Position numbers and translations under genes: made by a program. Source: an uncultured Chloroflexia bacterium (GTDB lineage Bacteria; Chloroflexota; Limnocylindria; Limnocylindrales; CSP1-4). Taken from it: a DNA stretch of 64,000 nucleotides. The DNA is taken from positions 320,001-384,000 of the forward strand of contig CAVVYR010000008.1 of assembly GCA_963752475.1 (NCBI GenBank), in the 5' to 3' direction. Below, one piece after another: positions 50,012 through 62,938 of this stretch (position 1 is its first letter; every line of letters begins with the position of its first letter). The notes below the pieces were generated by a model that ran no database searches, was not told the origin of the DNA, and saw only the letters and a list, made by a program, of their open reading frames with translations.

Positions 50012-50602
50012 GTGCGAACCACGATCAGAGGCAAGAGCCTGACCGTCTCGGACAAGGACCGCGCCTACATCGAGCGCAAGATGCAGCGGCTCGAGCGTAT
50101 GCTCGATGACCGCAGCGAGGCCGAGGTCGAGTTGCGCCTCGAGGGCAATCGCAAGGTGGACGACAGCCACATCGTGGATGTCGCGGTCGACGTGGCCGGG
50201 CAACACCTCAGGGGTGTCGGAACCGCCTCGTCCTTCCGCGTCGCCGCCGACGACGTCATCGACAAGATCGAGCGGCGCGTCGTAGAGGCCCGCCAGCGTC
50301 CGCGCGACAAGCGACGCTCGCAGCAGGCGCGCTACAACGAGACGTCCAGGCCCATGGAGCCGTTCGACGTGTCCGCGGAGCCGGTCGAGGCCGATCCCGA
50401 GTCCCAGGTCGTGAAGATCAAGCGCTTCGCCATCGAGCCGATGTTCGAAGAGGACGCCATCACCCAGATGGAAGAGCTGGGGCACGCCTTCTTCGTCTTC
50501 GTCAACGCCGAGAACGAGCGGGTGGCCGTGCTCTATCGGCGCAAGGACGGCCGCTACGGCCTCATCGAGCCGACCATCGGTGGTGGCTACAGCAGCGAAT
50601 AG
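50012..50602 (+). CDS. hpf: Long-form ribosome hibernation promoting factor
   Basis: IRGKSLTVS...YIERK; C-terminal KRFAIEPM.EEDAITQMEELGHAFFVF...YGLIEP. Confidence 0.92.
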   Translation: MRTTIRGKSLTVSDKDRAYIERKMQRLERMLDDRSEAEVELRLEGNRKVDDSHIVDVAVDVAGQHLRGVGTASSFRVAADDVIDKIERRVVEARQRPRDKRRSQQARYNETSRPMEPFDVSAEPVEADPESQVVKIKRFAIEPMFEEDAITQMEELGHAFFVFVNAENERVAVLYRRKDGRYGLIEPTIGGGYSSE

Positions 50603-50783
50603 ACCGCGCCGGTGGCGCTCTGACGCCGGCTGAAGGGCCCACAGGGACCCCGGCCCCAGCGGTACCCCGTACCAATGGGCCACTAGCGTGTGGCGTTCAG
50701 GCACCGATGATGGCAGGGCCGCCGAACGGTGGCTACACCCGGTGATTGACCAGGTGTCCGATCACAGACGCTGACGGGGTGCC

Positions 50784-51227
50784 ATGAGCGTCCAGAACCC
50801 ACGGGCCTTCAATGAGTGGCTTCGAGCCCAGCTCAAGGCCAAGAAGATGTCTCAGCGCCAACTGGCGCAGCAGTCCGGCGTGGACCACTCCACGATCTCT
50901 CGGCTGCTCCGCGGTGACCGCACGCCCTCCCTGGGCACGGCCACGAAGTTGGCCAAGGGCCTGCGCGAGCTGCGTGACGACACCGACTCACCGCAGTACT
51001 TCGGCTTGACGTCCTCCTCGAGCACGCACCCCACCGCGCGCGTCGAGTACGCCCTTCGCTCGGACGAACTGATGAGCGAACCGCAGGTCCGCCAGGTCAT
51101 GGAGTACTACCTCGCCCTGCGCATGCGCCGCCTCTCGGTGCGCCAAACCGGCCGCTACGCCCCGGTTCGCCCGGTGGCTGCCGTCCGATCGGTTCCACGT
51201 TCGGGCGCGCCCAACAAGAAGCACTGA
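50784..51227 (+). CDS. XRE-family HTH transcriptional regulator
   Basis: MSQRQLAQQSGVDHSTISRLLRGDRTPS. Confidence 0.85.
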   Translation: MSVQNPRAFNEWLRAQLKAKKMSQRQLAQQSGVDHSTISRLLRGDRTPSLGTATKLAKGLRELRDDTDSPQYFGLTSSSSTHPTARVEYALRSDELMSEPQVRQVMEYYLALRMRRLSVRQTGRYAPVRPVAAVRSVPRSGAPNKKH

Positions 51228-51305
51228 TCCTCGCGGCCCCTGCGCCGCTCCTTGCGAGTCGCCTCGACCACGGCCCGGTCGCGCCTGCCCGGCGCGGTGC
51301 CCAGA

Positions 51306-52526
51306 CTAGGCCGTGGTCGCTTCCTGTTCGGCAGGTTCGTCGTCGGTCGTCGGGCCCCCCTCTGACTCCGCCGCGACCGGGTCTTCGTCGGTCGGGTCCT
51401 GCGGACGCCCGCCCTTGGTCTTGGGCGAGAGCAGGTAGGCGATGAAGCCGAGGACGATGACCGAAAGCACGCTGATGGCACGGTCGACGAGGGCGATGGC
51501 CGCGGCCTCGTTGGGATCGGCACCGTAGACGCCGACGAGCAGACCCACGATGCCCGCCTCGACGATACCCAGGCCGGCCGGCGTGAAGGGCACGGCCGTG
51601 AGCAGCGACGCCACCAGAGCCACGAAGAAGGCACCGCTGATGCCGAGCGAGATCTCGAAGCCGAGGGCATAGGTGACGAACAGCAGGCGGATGGCCTCGG
51701 TCGTCCAGATGGTCAGCGTCAGGATGCCGATGAGCGGCATCGAGCGCCGGTCCATGGAGAAGACGCCCTCCTCGAAGCGCTCGTACAGCTCCACGGCCCT
51801 CTCCGGGAGCGGCAGGCGCTCCACCAGTCGGGAGCCGAAGTTGCGCAGCGTGAGGAGTCCGATGGCGATGACGACCACGACCACGATGCCCAGGAGCATG
51901 ATCGCGCGCACGGTGTCGTCGAGGCCGGTGCGGAAGGACCAGAAGGCCGCACCCAAGCCCAGGATGACGATGGCGAAGATGTCGAACATGCGCTCGATGA
52001 AGATCGTGCCGAAGGTCGCGGATAGCGACACGGGGAAGTTGATCTTCAGGAGCCAGGCGCGGTAGACCTCGCCCAGCTTGGCCGGGACCACGCTGTTGAC
52101 GAGCCAGCTGACGAAGAGGATCTCGGTCGAGTCGCGGACGCTGACCCTGGCGCCGATGCCGCGGAGCAGCAGCGACCAGCGGTAGCCGCGCAGGGGGAAG
52201 CCGATGTAGTAGATGACGAACGCCGCCACCAACCAGAAGGGATCGGCGGCGAGGACGTAGCCCACCAGCGTGTCCAGCTCGAAGCCCGGCAGAGCCAGCA
52301 CGAAGAGCAGGAGGACGATGACCGGGACGATGATCGAGAGCTGCGTGCGCCGGTTGCGCAGGCGAGCCGTGAGCGGGACCGCGCCCTCCGAGAAGTCGTC
52401 CTCGATGAGCGGGTCCTCCTTGACGGCGTCGCCGACCTCCGGTGTCTCGTCAAGAGCCATGACCCAGGGCTCGCCACGATGGTCGATGCCCGGCTCCTGT
52501 CGCTCCGGAGGTCGCTGGTCGCTCAC
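51306..52526 (-). CDS. UPF0104 / lysylphosphatidylglycerol-synthase-TM (flippase-like) membrane protein
   Basis: RGYRW, NSVVPAKLGEVYR, ERMFD, TPAGLGIVE; the GTG overlaps the PHP stop. Confidence 0.82.
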   Translation of the reverse strand: MSDQRPPERQEPGIDHRGEPWVMALDETPEVGDAVKEDPLIEDDFSEGAVPLTARLRNRRTQLSIIVPVIVLLLFVLALPGFELDTLVGYVLAADPFWLVAAFVIYYIGFPLRGYRWSLLLRGIGARVSVRDSTEILFVSWLVNSVVPAKLGEVYRAWLLKINFPVSLSATFGTIFIERMFDIFAIVILGLGAAFWSFRTGLDDTVRAIMLLGIVVVVVIAIGLLTLRNFGSRLVERLPLPERAVELYERFEEGVFSMDRRSMPLIGILTLTIWTTEAIRLLFVTYALGFEISLGISGAFFVALVASLLTAVPFTPAGLGIVEAGIVGLLVGVYGADPNEAAAIALVDRAISVLSVIVLGFIAYLLSPKTKGGRPQDPTDEDPVAAESEGGPTTDDEPAEQEATTA

Positions 52527-53270
52527 GAGGCCTCCTCGGGGCCCGCTGGGCGGATGCGGCCGTTGTCCTTGTACCGGTTCACGAGCTTGGCCAGTGGCGT
52601 CCACAGTCGCACGTAATACGAGGCACGACCGGGTGTGATGCGTGCCTGTGGCAGCAGCGCCAGCAGCTCCTGGGCGGTGGTGAAGCCTTGCGGCAGGACC
52701 GTGCTGGCCACGCCCACTTCGGTGATGCTGTGGGCGTCGGAGGAAGCCACGCCGGGCAGCCCGTGACGCTCGGCGAAAGCACCCGCGAGAGGGTTGGCGT
52801 CGCGATAGGCACGCGCGTTATGGACTTCCACGTAGTCAACGATAGTGGCCAGCTCGTCGAGCTTCTGCTCGGCCTCGCCGGCCTGGCTGCCGCCGGAGCT
52901 GCGGAAACCGTCGAACGGGTGCGGCAGACCGACCACGCCACCCTGCTCACGGATGGCGGCCGCGGTCTCGGCCGCGGAGAGTCCGGGCGGCACGACCTCG
53001 GTCAGGAAGAGGCCGAGCATGTCGCCATCGGCGGTGCGGATCTCCTCCCCTACGATGAGCTGCAGCCCAGGTGGAGCCAGCTCGGCCGCTCGCTGGGCGC
53101 CGTCGATGCGCTCGTGGTCGGTGATGGCCAGATGCGTCAGGCCCAGGCGCACGGCCTTGGCCATCATCTTGCGCGGATCCGCGAGCGAATCGAACGAGGC
53201 CGAGCTGTGGCTGTGCAGATCGACGAACGACCGACTGCGGGCGATCGGCCGCCCCGGCCTCGAGATTCAC
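52523..53270 (-). CDS. PHP-domain phosphoesterase (1-bp frameshift near the start)
   Basis: FVDLHSHSSASFDS upstream of the listed ORF; AITDH, GEEI, PHPFD, SSDAH. Confidence 0.82.
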
Positions 53271-53271
53271 G

Positions 53272-54261
53272 CTAGACCTTCTGAACCAACGAGGCCTTGA
53301 AGAAGTCGAAGTGCTCCATGGCCAGGCCCGTGCCCAGGGCCACGCAGTTGAGAGCGTTCTCGGCTACGTGACAGGGCACGCCGGTGACCTGCGTCAGGAG
53401 GCGGTCCATGTTGCGTAGCAGCGCTCCGCCGCCGGTCATGACCATGCCCTTGTCGATGATGTCGCTGGCCAGCTCCGGTGGTGTCTCCTCGAGCACGGCG
53501 CGAACCGCTGTGACCACCTGCTGCAGCGGCTTCTCCATGGCTTCCATGATCTCGGAACTGGTCATGGGGATCGTGCGCGGCAGGCCCGCGATGAGGTCTC
53601 GGCCGCGGACGTCGAGCGTCAGCTCACGCTCGAGCGGCAGGGCCGTGCCGATGGCGATCTTGACCTCTTCGGCGGTGCGCTCACCGATCATGAGGTTGTA
53701 CTTGCGGCGGATATAGCTGGCGATCGCCTCGTCGAAACGATTGCCACCGACGCGCAGCGAGCGGCTGACCACGATCCCGCCGAGCGCGACCACGGCGATC
53801 TCGCTGGTACCGCCACCGATGTCGATGACCATGTTGCCCGAGGCGCCGCTGATGGGCACGTTGGCGCCGATGGCAGCGGCCAGGGGCTCTTCGATCAGAT
53901 AGGCCTCACGGGCACCGGCCTTGAGCGCGGCGTCACGCACGGCGCGTTTCTCCACGCTCGTCACGCCCGAGGGCACACAGACCATCACATCCGGCTTGGT
54001 GAAGGTGCGGCCGGCCTTGCGGATGAAGTAACGCAGCATGGCCTCGGTGATGACGTAGTCGGCGATGACGCCATCCTTCATGGGTCGGATGGCGCTGATG
54101 TTGTCCGGCGTACGGCCGATCATCTCGCGCGCCTCCTCGCCCACGGCCACGATGTGGTTGGACTCGCTGATGGCCACCACCGAGGGCTCGCGGATGACGA
54201 TGCCCTTGCCCTTGACGTAGACGAGCACGTTGGCCGTGCCCAGGTCGATGCCGATCTTCAT
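53272..54261 (-). CDS. mreB: Rod shape-determining protein MreB/Mbl
   Basis: [41 protein letters not shown]. Confidence 0.95.
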   Translation of the reverse strand: MKIGIDLGTANVLVYVKGKGIVIREPSVVAISESNHIVAVGEEAREMIGRTPDNISAIRPMKDGVIADYVITEAMLRYFIRKAGRTFTKPDVMVCVPSGVTSVEKRAVRDAALKAGAREAYLIEEPLAAAIGANVPISGASGNMVIDIGGGTSEIAVVALGGIVVSRSLRVGGNRFDEAIASYIRRKYNLMIGERTAEEVKIAIGTALPLERELTLDVRGRDLIAGLPRTIPMTSSEIMEAMEKPLQQVVTAVRAVLEETPPELASDIIDKGMVMTGGGALLRNMDRLLTQVTGVPCHVAENALNCVALGTGLAMEHFDFFKASLVQKV

Positions 54262-54270
54262 GCCGACGGC

Positions 54271-55554
54271 CTAGGCCTCGGGCTCCTCTTCGATGCCCGC
54301 GCCGAGCTCAAGCAGCTTGCCCTCGATGCCCTCGTAGCCACGCCGCACGTGGTGGACACCGTGGATGATGGAGCGACCTTCGGCCGCCAGCGCCCCGAGG
54401 ATGAGCGAGGCACCGGCGCGCAGGTCGCCGACCTCCACCTCCGCACCCTGCAGGCGCGCCGGGCCGGTGATGACCGCGTGATGAGTGTCGCTGATCTCTG
54501 CCTGCGCGCCCATGGCCCCGAGGTCAGTGAGCCACTCGAGGCGGTCTTCGTAGATCGTCTCGTGGACGGTGCTGGTGCCTCGGGCCTGGGTAAGGAGCAC
54601 GCCCGTGGGTGGCTGCAGGTCCGTGGCCAGTCCTGGGTAGGCGGCGGTCTCGATGTCGGTGGCGACGTAGGTACCGCTGCCCGGCTCCGCGCCGCGCACG
54701 GTGATCCACTCGCCATCGGCGCTGACGTCGACGCCGACCTCCTCGAGCACGTTCAGGAAGGCGCCCAGGTGCTCCGAGGGTGCGCCCCGCAGGGTCACGT
54801 CGCCACCGGTGATGGCAGCCGCCACAGCGAAGGTGCCGGCCTCGATACGGTCGGCGATGGTGCGATGCTTGGCGCCACGGAGCCGGCGACGACCCTCGAC
54901 CTCGATGACATCCGGGGCGGTGCGCTCGATCTCCGCTCCCATGGCCTGGAGCAGCTTGATGAGGTCATCGATCTCCGGCTCTTGCGCTGCCGGGCGGATG
55001 GTCGTGTGACCGTCCGCCAGCGTGGCCGCGAGCATGGCGTTCTCCGTGCCCATGACGGTCACGTGAGGGAAGACGACGTCGCCGCCACGCAGCCGACCGG
55101 GGGCCTGCGCGAAGTAGTAGCCGTTGCGGTACTCGACGGTGGCACCGAGAGCCTCCATGGCCTTGACGTGCAGGTCCACCGGCCGTCGGCCGATGCGGTC
55201 GCCGCCGGGGTTGCTGATGATGACCTTGCCCACGCGCGCCAGGAGCGGGCCCAGCAGGATGAAGCTGGCGCGCATCTTGGCCGCCGCCTCGAGGGGCACG
55301 AAGCTCCAGTCGATATCGCCGGCGCTGACCTCGTAGGTATTGGGCGCGGGATGCTCCACGACCACGCCGAGATCGCTCAGGACCTCGGCCATGAGAGCCA
55401 CGTCCACGATCTCCGGCATGTTGGTGAAGCGGCAGCGCTCGCCGGTGAGGGTCGCGGCCGCCATCAACTTGAGAGCCGCGTTCTTCGAACCGCTGATGGC
55501 GACATCGCCACGCAGCGGCTGGCCCCCCTCGATACGGATGGTCTCATCCGCCAT
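54271..55554 (-). CDS. murA: UDP-N-acetylglucosamine 1-carboxyvinyltransferase
   Basis: SGSKNAAL, MRAS, PGGDRIGRRPVDLH, DRIEAGT, YPGLATDLQ, DLRAGA, RGYE. Confidence 0.95.
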   Translation of the reverse strand: MADETIRIEGGQPLRGDVAISGSKNAALKLMAAATLTGERCRFTNMPEIVDVALMAEVLSDLGVVVEHPAPNTYEVSAGDIDWSFVPLEAAAKMRASFILLGPLLARVGKVIISNPGGDRIGRRPVDLHVKAMEALGATVEYRNGYYFAQAPGRLRGGDVVFPHVTVMGTENAMLAATLADGHTTIRPAAQEPEIDDLIKLLQAMGAEIERTAPDVIEVEGRRRLRGAKHRTIADRIEAGTFAVAAAITGGDVTLRGAPSEHLGAFLNVLEEVGVDVSADGEWITVRGAEPGSGTYVATDIETAAYPGLATDLQPPTGVLLTQARGTSTVHETIYEDRLEWLTDLGAMGAQAEISDTHHAVITGPARLQGAEVEVGDLRAGASLILGALAAEGRSIIHGVHHVRRGYEGIEGKLLELGAGIEEEPEA

Positions 55555-55624
55555 GGGTGGGGCCTGATACTCCCAGTGGAACGGCCGAGGAACTGCCATC
55601 AGGGCCTAGTCTCAGCCATCTGCG

Positions 55625-56053
55625 CTATCGGCGCTGACGCGGACCCTCGCGATGCCGTCGCTCCGCGACGCGGATGCGCAGCAAGGCGCGATCCATGGCG
55701 GCCCGGGCCTGAGCCAGGTCGGCCGGCTCGTCGAAGCCAGCGGCGATGGCGCGCTCCGCCTCTTGGCGCGCGTCCTCGGCGGCCTCGAGGTCGATCTCCG
55801 CGGCCAGGTCGGCCAATTCGGCCATGACCACGACCTTGTCGGGTAGAACCTGCACGAAACCACCAGCGATGGCGAAGAACTCCTCCTCGCCACCCTTCTG
55901 GATGCGCAGCTCGCCGACGCCGAGCATCGAGAGCAGGGGCGCGTGATGCGGAAGCACGCCGAACACGCCCTCGGTCCCGGGGCAGTAGACCGCGTCGACC
56001 GTGTCCGAGTACGCCTCGCGCTCGGGGGTGACGATCTCCAGCAGCAGCGGCAT
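55625..56053 (-). CDS. atpC: ATP synthase epsilon subunit
   Basis: LEIVTPER, GVFGVLPHHAPL, GGFVQV. Confidence 0.95.
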   Translation of the reverse strand: MPLLLEIVTPEREAYSDTVDAVYCPGTEGVFGVLPHHAPLLSMLGVGELRIQKGGEEEFFAIAGGFVQVLPDKVVVMAELADLAAEIDLEAAEDARQEAERAIAAGFDEPADLAQARAAMDRALLRIRVAERRHREGPRQRR

Positions 56054-56060
56054 GTCGCTC

Positions 56061-58365
<2,305 letters not shown>

Positions 58366-58373
58366 GTTTCCTC

Positions 58374-59903
<1,530 letters not shown>

Positions 59904-59927
59904 GCGTGTTCCTCTTGGGCGTCGGCG

Positions 59928-60473
59928 TCAGATAGCGATGTTCATGAAGTCGTTGCGAAGGCGTTCGAGGCGGCCGGCGACGGAGCCGTCGATGAGCTGG
60001 TCGCCGACACGCACCTGCACGCCGCCGAGGAGCTCGCGGTCGAGCCGCTGCGAGAGCTCGATGTGCTTGCCGGTGATGATCTCGAGGCGAGCGCGCAGGG
60101 CTTCGATCTCCGGGTCCTCGAGGGTGATGGCCGAGGTCACGGTGGCCTCCATGATGCCCTCGCGCTGGCGGTACAGGCGGCGGAACTCCCGGATGACCGC
60201 GGGGAGCTGGTCCCACCGTCCACGACGGATCATCAGTGCGAAGAGGTTGCGCGGGGCGCCCTGGACGTCGTCGCCCACGATGCGCTCGAGCACCTCCACG
60301 CGTGAAGCCGTCGGCACGGACGGGTTGGACAGGAGGCGTGTCAATCCAGGGTCCAGCAGGCGCTCCTGGGCGATCTCGAGCGCAGCCAGCCAGGCCTCCA
60401 TCGAGTCATCGCGCTCGGCGATCTCGAAGGCGGCCTCGGCATAGCGGCGCGCGGTGCTGCGGGCTAGCGCCAT
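59928..60473 (-). CDS. atpH: ATP synthase delta subunit
   Basis: ARRYAEAAF, LLGGVQVRVGDQLIDGSV. Confidence 0.95.
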   Translation of the reverse strand: MALARSTARRYAEAAFEIAERDDSMEAWLAALEIAQERLLDPGLTRLLSNPSVPTASRVEVLERIVGDDVQGAPRNLFALMIRRGRWDQLPAVIREFRRLYRQREGIMEATVTSAITLEDPEIEALRARLEIITGKHIELSQRLDRELLGGVQVRVGDQLIDGSVAGRLERLRNDFMNIAI

Positions 60474-60483
60474 CGATCACCCA

Positions 60484-61071
60484 TCAGTTGCGGTCGTCTC
60501 CCGCGGGAGCCTCTGCCGAGACCTGCGTCAGGAACTCGTCCACGAGGCGCTTCTCGCGCTCGTCGCTCATGGTCTCGCCCACGACCTTGCCGGCGGCGGC
60601 CAGCGCCAACTCAGCGACCTGGTTTCGGACGTCCGCGAGGGCGCGCTTGCGCTCGGCATCGATCTCGGAGACCGCGCGCTCGCGCATGCGATCGATGTCC
60701 GCCTGCGCTTCGGCTACGCCCTGCTCGCGGGTCTCATCAGCGAGCTTCTGGGCACGCTGCACGATGTCGCTGGCCTCACGACGACCCTCGTTGAGGACCG
60801 CCTGCCGCTGGTCGGCCGCGGACTCGCGGTCACGTCGGGCCGCGTCCGCGTCCTTGAGGCCCTGCTCGATCCGCTCACGCCGCTCCTGCAGGCGCTCACC
60901 GAGCGGCTCGATGGCGATCTTCCAGGCCAACAGGAAGAAGACCAGGAAGTTGGCCGCGGCCACGATGACCCAGAAGAGGTTGACGGTCAGGCCGCCGCCC
61001 TCTTCGGATGCCGCGGCCGCGAGCACTTGCTGCGCCTCGGTCAGGCCTTGCGCTACGGCTAGGATCTCCAC
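60484..61071 (-). CDS. atpF: ATP synthase b subunit
   Basis: TM ...NFLVFFLLAWK..IEP followed by a coiled coil; operon position. Confidence 0.93.
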   Translation of the reverse strand: MEILAVAQGLTEAQQVLAAAASEEGGGLTVNLFWVIVAAANFLVFFLLAWKIAIEPLGERLQERRERIEQGLKDADAARRDRESAADQRQAVLNEGRREASDIVQRAQKLADETREQGVAEAQADIDRMRERAVSEIDAERKRALADVRNQVAELALAAAGKVVGETMSDEREKRLVDEFLTQVSAEAPAGDDRN

Positions 61072-61092
61072 GATGACTGCGTGTCCGGCCGC

Positions 61093-61464
61093 TTATCCGA
61101 CGAACACGAGCGCGAGCGCGACCACCAGCGCGATGATGCCGAGGCCCTCGGCAAATGCGGCCATGAGGACCGCGACGCTACGGATCTGGCCGGCTGCATC
61201 CGGGTTGCGGCTGATGGCGCTGGCGCTCATGCCGGCGAGGATGCCGATGGCCAGGCCGGGACCGACGATGCTGATGGCGGCGAGGCCGGCACCGATCGGC
61301 GCGAGGTCGAGGGGCTCAGCGGCGGTGGTGGCTTCCGCGGCCTCCTGCGCGAAGGTCGGCGAGACCAGCACCGCGAGCGCGACCAGCGCGATGCCGAACG
61401 CGACCGTGAAGTAGACGGGCCAGCGGCTCGCCATACGGGACATCGTCTGTGCTGCTACGTGCAT
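61093..61464 (-). CDS. atpE: ATP synthase c subunit with an N-terminal signal-like extension
   Basis: GAGLA..GPGLAIG, RNP loop, FAEGLG. Confidence 0.92.
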   Translation of the reverse strand: MHVAAQTMSRMASRWPVYFTVAFGIALVALAVLVSPTFAQEAAEATTAAEPLDLAPIGAGLAAISIVGPGLAIGILAGMSASAISRNPDAAGQIRSVAVLMAAFAEGLGIIALVVALALVFVG

Positions 61465-61541
61465 TTCCTGGGCTTCCTCCTGTTTGGGGCCTGCTTGAAG
61501 GGTGGATGTGGTGATGCGGGCGACGTGCCCATGACGGATGA

Positions 61542-62624
61542 TCAGGCGGCGGCGGCCGCCCCCTGCTCGCTGTCCCTGCCGGTGACAGCCTCTCCTGCGA
61601 GGACCTCTTCCTCCTCGTGTCCCTCCTCGCTATGGCTCTCGATGGCAGCGAGGATGAACATCAGGGTCAGGGTGGCGAAGATGAGCGCCTGGATGGTGGT
61701 CAGGATGATCTCCAGACCGTATAGCGCGACCGGGATGAGGAAGGCGCCGGTGAGAGCGAGGACGATGGCGAGCGCGACCTCACCGCCGTAGATGTTGCCG
61801 AAGAGTCGCATCGACAGTGTGATGGGCTTGACGAACTCGAGGATGAGCTCGACGAAACCGACGAACATGGCGATGAGGCCGGCGCCGATGCCGTGCCGGA
61901 ACTCGTGGACCGGGAAGTACTTCGAGAGGTAGCCGCCGACACCGAGTGCGCGGAAGCCCTGGAACTGGAAGTAGACCCACGCGAAGACAGCCAGCCCGAG
62001 GGTGACGTTGAGATCGCTGGTAGGTGCGCGGGTGTTGGGGAAGTAACCGATGCCCGGGATGAGGCCGCTCCAGTTGAAGGCCAGGATGAGCACGAAGAAG
62101 GCGGCAAAGATGGGCAGGTACTTGACGGCCTTGCTGCCGCCCATGCCGATGGACCAGCCGCTCATCGACTCGTGGGCCCACTCGGCGAAGTTCTGGAAGA
62201 AGCCGGGCACGTCCTTGCGGCCGCGGGTAGCGAGGATGAGCGCGATGGTCACGAGCACGGTCAGGGCGAACATCGTGATCAAGGTGTCGGTGAGGCTGAT
62301 CTGGAAGGTGATGAGGCCGGTGTCAGCCTTCTCGCCGCCGGCGATCCAGGCCTCATGCGGGCGTGGCAGGTGCAGCGTGCCGGTGACGAGGCAGCCGATC
62401 ACCTCGGAGATGCCGCCGACTTCCGGGCAAGCCTGGTCCGGGTTGCCCGACTCGAAGGGCGGCAGGAAGATGAAGGCCGCGAGGTTCAGCGGGATGAGCG
62501 CCCCGACGGCCACGAGGATCGTGCGCATCGAGATGCGACTCTTCTTGTCGGTCGAGAACTCGACGATGTCTTCGGGTTCGTCCGGCAGGTTCTGGGCGTC
62601 TGCCGGTACCGGATCGTTGGACAC
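61542..62624 (-). CDS. atpB: ATP synthase a subunit
   Basis: PTSDLNVT, KPITLSMRLFGNIYGGE, IQALIFATLT. Confidence 0.95.
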   Translation of the reverse strand: MSNDPVPADAQNLPDEPEDIVEFSTDKKSRISMRTILVAVGALIPLNLAAFIFLPPFESGNPDQACPEVGGISEVIGCLVTGTLHLPRPHEAWIAGGEKADTGLITFQISLTDTLITMFALTVLVTIALILATRGRKDVPGFFQNFAEWAHESMSGWSIGMGGSKAVKYLPIFAAFFVLILAFNWSGLIPGIGYFPNTRAPTSDLNVTLGLAVFAWVYFQFQGFRALGVGGYLSKYFPVHEFRHGIGAGLIAMFVGFVELILEFVKPITLSMRLFGNIYGGEVALAIVLALTGAFLIPVALYGLEIILTTIQALIFATLTLMFILAAIESHSEEGHEEEEVLAGEAVTGRDSEQGAAAAA

Positions 62625-62659
62625 GCTAGCTCCGTTGGGACGGACCGCACAGGTGTCGG

Positions 62660-62878
62660 TCAGTCATCTATGTTCGCGAGGAACCGGCGTAGGACCCGCC
62701 AGTTCGCGACCGCTCCGATCATCATCCCGAGCAAGAACCCACCGATGACGAACCAGGGATTGGTGCCGAGCTGCTGGTCGAGCCAGCGGCCAAGCAGGAG
62801 CCCCCCGAACGTCGTCACGAAGAGGACGAGCCCGATCTCGCTGAACAGGGCGAAGTATGCGAATGATTTCCCGTCCAT
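62660..62878 (-). CDS. AtpZ/AtpI family small membrane protein
   Basis: GRWLDQQLGTNPWF; first gene of the atp operon. Confidence 0.82.
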   Translation of the reverse strand: MDGKSFAYFALFSEIGLVLFVTTFGGLLLGRWLDQQLGTNPWFVIGGFLLGMMIGAVANWRVLRRFLANIDD

Positions 62879-62938
62879 GGGGGCACCCTCTCGGGCGGCT
62901 AGGAGTATAGCAGCACGTTCGTGCTGCACCTTCGTGCG

